Assembly: GCA_024704765.1 (NCBI GenBank)
Contig: JAKMXF010000322.1
Span: forward strand, 124,001-188,000
Source of the DNA: Oopsacas minuta
Taxonomy: Eukaryota; Animalia; Porifera
Length of the DNA: 64,000 nt
Reading direction: 5' to 3'
Each line of letters starts with the position of its first letter. Within the stretch, counting starts at the first letter, position 1. Below, piece by piece: positions 13,201 through 24,200 of the stretch. The position numbers and the translations under genes are program-made. The notes under the pieces were generated by a model, which was given only the letters and a program-made list of their open reading frames with translations, was not told the DNA's origin and made no database searches.

Positions 13201-16200
13201 CCATTTCATTCAGAGAATTTCTGGAAATATTTATCGCATTCCACAAAGGTTAGTTGTTGTTATGTCCCCTACTGTCCTATTGCCCCCATATTTTGGCGGT
13301 AATATTTATTGTTATTTTTGTTGTTGTTGACAGGTACTGCTGATGAGAAACTTGAACTTATATTCAGAATGTATGACGTCAATAACGATCAAACTTTGGA
13401 TAAGAAGGAATTCAAGAATATGCTAAAGTCAATGATGGATCTGGTCAGAGCTGATGTAGCAGGAGATAAATTGGATAGGGTTAGTTCTGTTGTCAAGAAA
13501 GGTGTTATAATATGTGTAAACAACTAGTAAACAAGTATTAACAGGGGATCTGATTTGATCTTTTCCTCCTCGAGGTGTTATAAAAGTCTGGACAACAAAC
13601 AAACAAACAAACAAACAAACAAACAAGTCTTGAATTTATTTCTTTACTAGTTTGTTTGGCGAAATGTTTGTTTTGTTTGGATTAATTGGGGATTTGATTG
13701 AATATTTGCCTCCACAAGGTGTTACAAACAACAAACAAGGTGCTATATATATATATATTCGTTTACTAGGTTGTTGACGAAATGTTTAAGTCAGCTGGCT
13801 TTGAAAACAAGGAGGATGGTGCCCTCTCATTCGCTGATTTCAAGAATATTATGCAAGAACACAAACACCATTTAGAGTCTGCCACTTTGGATTTGAAGGG
13901 TATTGATGTGGCTGCTCCTGCCACTGGTCCAGGTCCAAATGCTGCCACTAAAGAACCGGAAATTATGCCAGCGGAAGGTGCAGCTGAAGGAGAAGTAAGT
14001 TCCCTATAGGTGTTATTGTATACAACCTGTGGAAATATTTACACTTTTTGATTTTAATCTCAGCTCCTATCGGGAGATGTCCCAATGGAATAGGTTCCAA
14101 ACCTGGTCTATTGACCCCTTGATGGCCCGCGGACGACAACAGGGGGGGCACAAATGTGTTAAATTTGGTATAGGGGGTGACTTGGGGACCTCTGATTTAC
14201 ATATTTTCAATTCTTCAATTTTTATAGACTGAGGGAGGAAGCCGTAACCGCTACGCTCGGGCGCGTAAAACCGTCCACCACGCTTACAGATCTGCTCACT
14301 CTCGTACAACTTACGGGAAGCAAGCTCCAGCCGCAGAGGAGGCCCAAAACGAGAGAAGAACCCAATTGGAACTACCAAAAACTGTCACTCTACCCTTAAG
14401 GATCATTAAATACTACCTTAGATTCATGGAAAATTACAAGAGACAGATCTTCTGGCTAATTTTATTCTATCTCGTATCCATATATATATTTGCAGAGAGA
14501 GCTTACTGTAAGTTTTAATATAGACCTCTAGTACCTTCAATAACACCCCCCAGTGTAGCCGAATACCAACGAGGTAACCATGGAAACTGGGACATAACTT
14601 AACTTTCAAAGTTACAGTTGTGTGTAGTATGCGATTGTCCCCGTTCAAGGTGCTAAAATTACCAATAACTTGAAACAAGTAAACAACAATCTATTTTATA
14701 GTTTTCTCGGTTGAGAGGGAACACATCGGTCTAAGGAGGATTTGTGGTTTTGGAATCAGTGTTACAAGAGGAGCAGCTAGTGTACAGATGTTTCACTTCA
14801 GTCTGTTACTCATTACGATGTCGAGGAACATTATAACAATGCTGAGAGAGACGATGCTGAATAAGTAAGTATTTATTGTCCTCTTAATGATCCCCTGGGG
14901 GATGTGGACCCTTAATTTAGCGGATCAGCGGGCGGAAAGGTTGCGGCACACGACTATCGAATTTTTGAATATTCTGGTATTTCTATATATCCGTGTTATA
15001 TATATAGCGGGAGTAACCTGTATGTATGTATGTATTTGTGTGTTTCACACCTTTTGAGGTTATACATTTATAAATTTATTTTTAGGTTCATACCCTTTGA
15101 CACCTATATCTCCTTCCACAAGAATGTGGCAATTACTGCCATAATTGGTACCCTTATTCATTGTATTGGACATGGGTTTAACTTCTATCATATTTCTACT
15201 CAGAATCCGAACGACTTGACTTGTTTCTTCAGAGAATATTTCCATAGAACTCATCGGTTGATTAAATTCTCATACTGGGTGTTTGAGACTATAACAGGTA
15301 AATACAAATACAAATAAATAGCGTTAATAAACAAGAACAACAGACAAACTAACAAACTAACAAACAAACAAGTAAACAAGTAAACATATAAACTAACAAA
15401 CGAACAAGTAAACAAGTAAACATATGAACTAACAAACAAACAAGTAAACAAGTAAACATATGAACTAACAAACAAACAAGTAAACAAGTAAACATATAAA
15501 CTAACAAACAAACAAGTAAACAAGTAAACATATAAACTAACAAACGAACAAACAAACAAGTAAACATATAAACTAACAAACGAACAAACAAACAAGTAAA
15601 CATATAAACTAACAAACAAACAAGTAAACAAGTAAACATATGAACTAACAAACAAACAAGTAAACAAGTAAACATATAAACTAACAAACGAACAAACAAA
15701 CAAGTAAACATATAAACTAACAAACGAACAAACAAACAAGTAAACATATAAACTAACAAACGAACAAACAGACAAGTAAACAAACCACATTTTATCCAAT
15801 TTTTCAACCAACAGGATTAACAGCTGTTGCTCTCGTTCTCCAACTAGTAATGATCTACACCTTCGCAACGCAATATGCCCGTAGGTATGTGTACCAATCC
15901 TTTTGGATAACTCACAATACATACCCAATATGGTACATCCTCATGATGTTACACGGTATGGGACGATTGGTACAGGATCCTCTGTTTGGAAATTTCATAA
16001 TTGGACCTGCTCTCATTTACATATTCGACAAACTTATTTCGTATTCGAGGAGGAAGATCGAATTGGCCGTTGTGAAAGCCCACGTCTTGCCCTCGTTGGT
16101 AACAGGTATCTATCTCAAGAAACCACCAGGTCTGGATTATCAGTGAGTTGTTGATACGCTAATTTATCACATGATTAATCATATTATCACACCTTTTGGT

Positions 16201-16747
16201 GAATATTCAAAATAGTCTTAAAGGTTAGCTTCCACCTGCTAATTAGGGTAAACAGTGACGTAGAATTTGATTTTGACACTTTCAGGTGTCCGCTCACGAT
16301 TATTTGTTAATTACACATATTTTGATTGACATATATCTTAGATCTGGACAATGGGCCCGCATAGCATTGAAGGCAAAGGGTTTCTATGGTGACGAGTACC
16401 ATTCATTCACCATCTCATCTGCGCCCCATGAAGAGTTCTTGAGTTTTCATATACGATCAGTTGGGCCATGGACCTACAATTTTAGGGATTATTTCCAACA
16501 AGTCAACGAAGCACAGAGCGTTTTACCAAAGGTATATATTGTTATTGTTGTTGTTTTGTGTTGTTTACTTGTTTACTATTTGCTAGGTATATATGGAGGG
16601 ACCCTGGGGTGAAGGTCATCAAGAATGGTTCCGGTTTGAGGTGTCAGTTCTAGTTGGTGGTGGAATTGGTGTCACCCCATTCGCTTCAATTTTAAAGGAT
16701 ATTGTACATAAGAATAAGACTGGCGCCAATATCGCTTGCAAAAAGGT

Positions 16748-16781
<34 letters not shown>

Positions 16782-17781
16782 CTGTATATCCTTGTGCACT
16801 CAGTTTTGAGGATCTAGTAGTCCAATTGACATTAAAATTGGCACATAAATTAATAGGCCAATCAGGCTGGAGGCTTTTCACGACTTAACACTGCCATTCT
16901 ATTTGGTTGTTGAAGTGTGTGGGTTGTAGGTGTTATTATTTATCATATGATTAATCATATTTTCACACCTTTTGGCTAATATTTCAAAATGATGCCAATG
17001 ATTTCCTTTAAACGGTTTTTCTGGGATAATCGTGTGCATAGATTTCTATTCTGGAATTTGCAAATTTCAAATATTCATATTTAATCATATTTTGACACCT
17101 TTTGTTATGCACTCGCTTGACTCCGAGCTGCACTACCAGTCTGTCAGCTGGACATTTTTGTCTTTCCTACTTGTCTAGTTTATTTGTTTACTTATCTAGA
17201 TACTGTTTATCTGGGTAACACGTACACAAAAACAATGGGAATGGTTCTTGGAAATAATCAGAGAAGCAGAGGAGAACGATGCTAACGGGATCCTAGAGAA
17301 TCACATCTACATAACAGCATTCTTCAACAAATTTGACCTCAGGACAACTATGCTTGTGAGTTCTTAACACCTTATATTCTACAACAAAATTCATAGATTT
17401 GGACTTATGGCATTGACATGAACTTTATAGTGCAACTATTTTGCATTTTTGAATTTACAAACAAACAAACAAACAATTGAGGTTTAATAATATAGATTTG
17501 TTATTGTATTAATTTTGACACCTCTTTAGTATGTGGTAGAGCGAGACTTCCAGAGGCTTGCAGGACAATCACTATTCACTGGGTCTAGGGCTGTTACTCA
17601 TTTCGGAAGACCGAATTTTGTTGATTTCTTTAACGCTTTGAGTGATGACTTTTTCGAAGTCCCAGCTGTCGGAGTTTTCTCGTGTGGACCCCCAGGAATG
17701 ACGAAATCCGTCGAAGAGGCCTGCTCTGTCAAAAACAGGTTCGAGGGCCCAGCGTTCCTTCACCATTATGAGAACTTCTAA
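7202..17781 (+). CDS. DUOX: Dual oxidase (signal peptide, peroxidase-like domain, TM, EF-hands, gp91phox-like TM, FAD and NADPH domains); multi-exon
   Basis: Motifs [64 protein letters not shown]-hands [13 protein letters not shown] and [43 protein letters not shown] and terminal HHYENF*. Confidence 0.97.
12444..12722 (+). mobile_element. 279-bp dispersed repeat in a DUOX intron, with an internal AATAGACTC...GAGTCTATT inverted-repeat subunit
   Basis: About 3 mismatches versus the inverted copy at 42573-42851. Confidence 0.75.
15355..15785. repeat. 36-bp tandem repeat (AACTAACAAACAAACAAGTAAACAAGTAAACATATR) x about 12, DUOX intron
   Basis: Gives the spurious 12-aa periodic minus-strand ORFs ([12 protein letters not shown])n. 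Confidence 0.9.
16166..16305 (+). mobile_element. About 140-bp intronic repeat (DUOX intron)
   Basis: Colinear with 22243-22382 over its full length. Confidence 0.7.
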
Positions 17782-18255
17782 GTGTGTGTTGATTAGAATT
17801 CATTATTTAGAGATTTTGAGTAGATTATAGGTGTGATAATTAGTATTGTGTATATATGTATGTATATCGTTATTGAGATTGTTTGGATATTTGATAATTG
17901 ATGCTTGTGTTTTGAGGTGTTTGTGTGTGTATATACTATTTCACAACTGAAATAGTTCTCGCTCTAATTTACTGAGATATGGCAGGACGTAGCATATTAG
18001 TATTAAACTTGACTCTACAAAAGGCGGGACATTAGCCTCATTGGACCTCAAAATATGTCCAAAACTGCAGTACAGCCCACCAAAAACGGGACAGTTGTGA
18101 AGTATGCAAATGGATCCATTGAGTCCACAGGATCTCAAAATTTGTATTACAGTCTCTGGGAGGGGTCTACTGAATGTGTTAACATGGGTATAAGGGTGTC
18201 AATGAGTAAATATGGTTGGGAACCGTTGGGTTAATGTGGCACAATAAAGTGGCAT

Positions 18256-19908
18256 TGATTGTACTTTACATCAAAGGAAGAGAAAATTGAACAACAACAA
18301 CAACAACAAAATTTGAATAATGAATTGCCACAAACCATTTCTCAGACTAATGAATATTAATTATGTAAAGTACAGGTGTATTACTAAGAAACATTCCTAA
18401 TTATTAGAAATAACCATAGCAACCATTGACGTACTTTGTTATTCACAAAAGACAATTTGGTAACAGACACGAACCTCTAAGAATAATAATTCTATTTTCA
18501 TAATTGTGTCAGATCAGCAGTTTTCTATTCAGAATATTCATTCAATAGAAACTATAAATTCTGATATATTTGAAAACAAACAAAATATACACAATTCACA
18601 CCAAACAAACAACAAATAATCCACGAGATTATGGCGACACAATTCCCAGAAACCATCGGAGTGCCACAAATGCCTGAACCACTTGCAGAGCCAATTATCG
18701 ATCCCATAGCTGTCCAAATAAACCAATCCATCGACAGGTTGATATTCCTCCTCAACCAGAGACGGGTCCATCTCTTAGCCACGTTAAGGGACAGACGCGA
18801 AGAGATGAGAGCCGATCTGGTGACTCGTCAGGAAGTGGAGGAGGAACTCGTTGGAGCGAGGACACTATTAGAAGGCCAAATAAAGCATAACATGCTTCAT
18901 TCCATGCAGCAGAAATTTGTGGCAGAGATGGAGGCTAAACTGGCAGAACTCCGACTCAATGCACCACAAGCTCAAGAACTGAGGTTCTTGTGTAACACAC
19001 AAGACCTAGAGGAACACATCTCTCGTCTGGGAGAAATTAACCAACACGAGATTCCTCCCATCCCTCCTATGCCAGTAATACCTAACTACTCTGCATTCCA
19101 ACAGCCCATTGTTGCTGTTGGGGAACATGGATCAGCTCCTGGGCAGCTTGATGCTCCACGAGGTGTCACAATCGAACCTGATTCTGGACATATTTATGTG
19201 GCAGATAACAACAACAGTCGTATCCAAATATTCTCCCAGGAAGGACACCATCTTAATATATTCGGAGATAGACACCTGAGTAAGCCATACGGTATCCTAA
19301 TCCATGAGGACAACATTTATGTCACAGACATAGGACATAACGCTATCTTCCTATTCAAGCTGCCAGACCTAACAATGATAAAGCAGGTAGGTAAGAGAGG
19401 ATTTGGTAGTGAAGAGTTCTATTATCCTGGTCAACCCGCCATCTCTCCTAATCAACACCTTTATGTACCAGATTGTAACAACCACAGACTACAAATCCTG
19501 GCAACTAATCTGGTATTTAAAGACACGCTACGACACAAAACCATGAAAGGACCTGTTGATGTTAAGTTCACAAACAATGAAATGTTTGTGTTGAGCAGGG
19601 GTGACAATCTGTGTATACACGTATTTACTCTCTCAGGAGAGAAGTCCCGCTCCTTACTAACCAGAGGAATAGGAATGCAAGTTCAAACAGCAAACTCCTT
19701 CTGTTTGGACGGACACAATAACATTGTCATTAGTGACTGGTCGGCTCACCAAATCAAAGTATTCTCACCAGAAGGAGACCTCCTACACAAGATAGGACAG
19801 GGAGGACATAGACCTAGAATGTTATACCTCCCTTGTGGCATTACAATACACAACAGCAAACTAATTTGTATTTCTAGTAACGAGAATTTCGGTTTACAAA
19901 TATTTTCT
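18256..19908 (+). repeat. Duplicated promoter+CDS cassette of the NHL gene, copy 1 (inverted relative to 57992-59660)
   Basis: Shared sequence begins at TGATTGTACTT about 375 bp upstream of the ATG and ends at the last codons. Confidence 0.92.
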
Positions 19909-19914
19909 GATTAA
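18631..19914 (+). CDS. Intronless coiled-coil + 6-bladed NHL beta-propeller protein (TRIM-NHL-like, no RING or B-box), copy A, 427 aa
   Basis: N-terminal helical heptad region followed by repeats of the NHL pattern xPxG(V/I)...IYVAD.NN.RIQIF. Confidence 0.88.
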   Translation: MATQFPETIGVPQMPEPLAEPIIDPIAVQINQSIDRLIFLLNQRRVHLLATLRDRREEMRADLVTRQEVEEELVGARTLLEGQIKHNMLHSMQQKFVAEMEAKLAELRLNAPQAQELRFLCNTQDLEEHISRLGEINQHEIPPIPPMPVIPNYSAFQQPIVAVGEHGSAPGQLDAPRGVTIEPDSGHIYVADNNNSRIQIFSQEGHHLNIFGDRHLSKPYGILIHEDNIYVTDIGHNAIFLFKLPDLTMIKQVGKRGFGSEEFYYPGQPAISPNQHLYVPDCNNHRLQILATNLVFKDTLRHKTMKGPVDVKFTNNEMFVLSRGDNLCIHVFTLSGEKSRSLLTRGIGMQVQTANSFCLDGHNNIVISDWSAHQIKVFSPEGDLLHKIGQGGHRPRMLYLPCGITIHNSKLICISSNENFGLQIFSD

Positions 19915-20273
19915 CTTGTCAATTGACACCTTTTGTTATTAATAATATTATACAAACAATAATAACCTCTATAGTTTATAAGTTAATTGGAGAACTGTTA
20001 AGAGCTACAATCTTGAAATTTGACATATGGGTACAAAATGAGTTTGTTAAATCTAATAACATGTAAGTGTTATCGTTACTGCAGTGCGACCTCAAATGGG
20101 GAACCTCTATAAGCGTGAAGTGGTGAAGGTGGCTGTATTTATCATGTGTTCTATCCCGTGAGTATCATGAGAAATTACCTTCAATATCTGAATTCTTATG
20201 TTAACAAAGTTTTGATATCAACACCCTTTGTTTACTTGTTTGTTTACTTGTTTACTTTAGCTGTTGTGTCATA

Positions 20274-20906
20274 ATGTCATCACAAGATTTGCTCACAAAA
20301 TCCAATTCAGATTCCTACATTTTTATCAACGAAAATGCCAACGAACGATCACAAGAATTTGTCCCTGTGTTTCTGCCACTGTGTCACTTTACCAGCTGTT
20401 ATCATCTCAAACAATTGCCAACAAGTATTCTATCGCTAAAGATTGGGTGACGAAAACTTCATCAAAGTTACGCCTATGGGGTGAATTCTTCCAATTCTCA
20501 AAATTTCAAAACCAAAGAATCTTTCATTTCTCTCACGCGGGTTTATAGGAATTTATTTTATTTCCAGAATAATTATCTATTCTTAGTTCTCGATTTAGTT
20601 GCATATTGTTTGTTTACAAATCCTTTATTGTTGTTTATTCTTGTTGGTTGATGTCTAATCTGGTGGGTGGTTAATTATCGGTCAATTGATGGTGAGATTA
20701 AATGCGCAGGACATATCCTAGGTGTCAAGGAAATTGTGGGGATATCATTCTTCGCTTCCCTTCCGCTGTTATATTTCGCTGGTGTTGGTTCCTTATTCTT
20801 TTGGCTTATAGGCGTTACCATGGTGATCGTAGGTGTGCACGCTTCAATGATTGATTTTGAAGAGACAGATAGCATTCCTATGGATGAGATAAGTAACGAG
20901 GTGTGA
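20274..20906 (+). pseudogene. RABAC1: PRA1/RABAC1 (prenylated Rab acceptor)-like, disrupted by about 3 single-base frameshifts and an in-frame TGA (pseudogene or assembly error)
   Basis: Homology is split across frames: KLRLWGEFF..KF / KPKNL / TRVYRNLFYFQNNYLF..AYCLFTNPLLL / TGA at 20649 / LPLLYFAGVGSLFFWLIGVTMVIVGVHAS, matching PRA1-family motifs in order. Confidence 0.75.
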
Positions 20907-21131
20907 TGGGGTTTATTGATAATTATGAATTTGAGGTTACTTTGTTATCTGTGTTATTAATTAATTAACAGGTGTTAATATATTCATATGCTTTGTGTGG
21001 CGAAGCCATCGTCAAAGAAATATCTATGAATTATATTGGACCACTTGGACAGAAGGGAATGGCTCGGGTTACTCGTGCCAACCCCTGAATACCCTTTTTG
21101 GCCCCTTGTCCCAAGTGATCAGTGATAAATA

Positions 21132-21191
21132 CAGTACCTCTCGTTATAGCGAAGAGACCTCGCTTCATTTCGAAATAACCGGAGTTTACTG
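21132..21191. mobile_element. Short TA-flanked MITE-like element about 30 bp upstream of the myosin VI ATG
   Basis: TA-CAGTACCTCTCGTTAT...ATAACCGGAGTTTACTG-TA. Confidence 0.55.
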
Positions 21192-21223
21192 TAAGTCATA
21201 ATTGTGTCAAAATTAGAATACAT

Positions 21224-24200
21224 ATGGAGTCCAAACTAGTCTGGACCCCTCATCAGGAAGAAGGGTTCCAATTGGGTCATATTGTAGATTTAGGCGCCGA
21301 AACCTTCACAGTACAGCCCCTTGCGAAAGGAACCAAACCCCTCCAAGCTGTTATCGATCGGGTATTCCCTGCTGAAGAGTTCGCTAAAGATGTTGATGAT
21401 AATTGTTCCCTGTTGTATCTGAATGAGGCTACTTTATTGAATAATCTGAGAATGAGGTTTAAGAAAAAGGTATTATGATTTTGTATATTATTAAGTGATT
21501 AGTAAACAAAATAACTGACAAACAAACAAACAAACAAACTAGCTAACTAACATTCATCAATATTCCCCTATAATTAATCACATTGTAACACCTCTAGATA
21601 ATCTACACATATGTGGCTAACATCCTCCTATCAGTCAATCCCTATGAACTATACAAAAACCTATACACTATTGAGACCATGAGGTCCTACCAGGGTGTGT
21701 CGCTAGGACTCAAGCCCCCTCACGTATTCGCTATAGCGGACAAGGCATACAGAGAGATGAGGGGATACCGAGCTTCACAGGCTATTATTGTTAGTGGGGA
21801 GTCTGGTGCGGGTAAGACAGAGGCTACTAAATATATTCTAAGGTATCGGTCGTTAACTGTTTAATCCTAACCGGATCCATGACCCCCACGGACGACAGCT
21901 GGGGGTCTACAGGATCTCAAAATGTGTATTCAATCCACCGTTTAGCTGTTTAACCATTTAACCATTTACCCGTTTAGATACCTGACAGAACTATACGGGG
22001 GCAGTTCTTCTCACATAGAGGAGAGGATCGTTCAGGCTAATCCCCTCTTGGAGAGTTTTGGAAACGCCAAAACAATGCGAAACAATAATTCCAGCAGATT
22101 TGGGAAATTCGTTGAAGTTCATTTTAATGAAAAGTGTCATATTGTGGGAGGACACATTTCACACTATTTGCTGGAGAAATCTCGTGTTGTTAGTCAATGG
22201 AATGAAGAGAGGAATTATCATGTGTTCTATAGGTATGTATTTATCATATGATTAATCATATTTTCACACCTTTTGGTGAATATTTCAAAATAGTCTTAGA
22301 GATTAGCTTCCACCTGCTAATTAGGGTAAACAGTGACGTAGAATTCGATTTTGACACTTTCAAGTGTCTAACACGATTATTTACACACAATTGAATTATT
22401 ATTGTTTATTTATTAGATTATTAGCTGGCGCGCCAGGTTCCTTAAAGAAAACTTTGGGTTTGGATAAATCGCCGAAAAATGGGTTTTCGTATTTGAATCC
22501 AGCTTCTTTGAAGTGTCCAGGTGTTGATGACACGACAGATTTTAAGAATCTTGTACAATCCATGAAAAGTGTAAGAATGTAAACAAACAAACAAGTCAAC
22601 AAACAGATAATAATCTCAATATTCGTTCATCTGTTCTTTGTTTACTAGTTTGTTTGTTTACAAGATTGTTTATTTGTTAATTTTCCTGTTTGTTTACCTG
22701 TTTATCTGCTTGTTTACTTGTTTACAGGTTGGTTTATCAGACAAGGAACAAGAAGACATCTTCCGATTAGTATCAGCAGTTCTTTGGATGGGTAACATTA
22801 CATTTGAAGAGGACAGTTCTGGTAAACAAACAATCTCTAAAGTTGATAAACATGGTCAAGAGGCTCTCACCTATACAGCTAATCTCCTACAGCTTGCCCC
22901 AGAGGATCTTCATACCTCTCTGACTAGTAGAGTCATGACTACAACCCGTGGCGGAGCAATGGGAACAATTTATCAGGTATTGTATTAGTGGACCATGGAT
23001 ATTCATGGTGAATTTTAACTGACGTTTTTGGACACACTCTGTGTCCTTCATGGCTGCTAAATTGGCCCTTTAGGTGTCCGCCAAGCACTTAGATAAACCC
23101 CTGGCCATTTGGTTCTGGTTTTAAGCTCTGGTCCATGTTCCATGGTTGCGAACAGATTAAAGACCAACCCACTATGTTCAGTTTTTTATGGGAAATTTTG
23201 ATTTTTCGAGTGTCATGTCTTGTCGAAGCTCCAAAAATTTTCCCAACTCTTCGCCTTGGCGTTTGTAAACAAACAAACAAACAAACAAATAAATATTAAT
23301 ATATATTTATATCTTTCAGCTCCCTCTCAAGAAAGAACAAGCAGCCTACGCAAGAGATGCTTTAGCTAAGACACTATACACACGATTATTCGATAAACTA
23401 GTTGAAAGAGTCAACACCTGTTTTCCTTTTGAGACGAGTCACAATTACATTGGAGTTCTGGACATAGCAGGATTTGAGTATTTTCAAGTTAACTCCTTCG
23501 AGCAGTTTTGTATTAATTATTGCAATGAGAAGTTACAACAGGTAACAACACCCGTGGACATCTGGAGAGGGGGCGAGGCAATTACTTACAGGTCCCTAGC
23601 AACACCAATTATGTGTATAATCGCTATGAACTGGTTTTGGGGGCAGGAATCTCCCACTCTTGACCCACATAGGGTACAAGGGTCAAGCTTTGGGGTCTGA
23701 ATTGACCAATAATTAGGCGCCAAATTGATTTAATTAAATTAGAATTTACAGTATTATAACTCCTATTTAGTCGTGCTATACTTTATAGTTCTTCAATCGC
23801 CGTGTTTTGAAAGATGAACAAGAACTATACCGCAGAGAAATGCTGTCATTTACAGACGTAGAATTCACAGATAATCAGGACTGTATAGACCTAATCGAGG
23901 CTTCCCCTACCGGTATAATCAGCCTGTTAGATGAGCAGTGCAAGTTGCCACAAGCTTCTGACGTCAATTTTACTGACAGAGTTCAAAAGGTTCACAGTAC
24001 ACATTTTAGACTCCTTGTGCCAAGGAAATCAAAGTTGATAGCTCATAGGTAAGTGTTAATACAGGTAAACAAATTGGTAAACAAACTGATACAATATGTA
24101 ACAATTTATAAGCATATGTCATGAAAAAGTATAAATTACCTCTCAAAATAAATAACAAAGACTAGGCCATTTCCAGCTGATTTTACAGGAACCTTCGTGA

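Noticed and set aside
15251-15928. Minus-strand 225-aa and 152-aa ORFs
   Set aside because: They are translations of the intronic 36-bp tandem repeat, antisense to DUOX.
20649-20651. Selenocysteine or readthrough at the PRA1 TGA
   Set aside because: The same gene also has frameshifts, no SECIS is recognisable, and I know of no Sec-containing PRA1 proteins.
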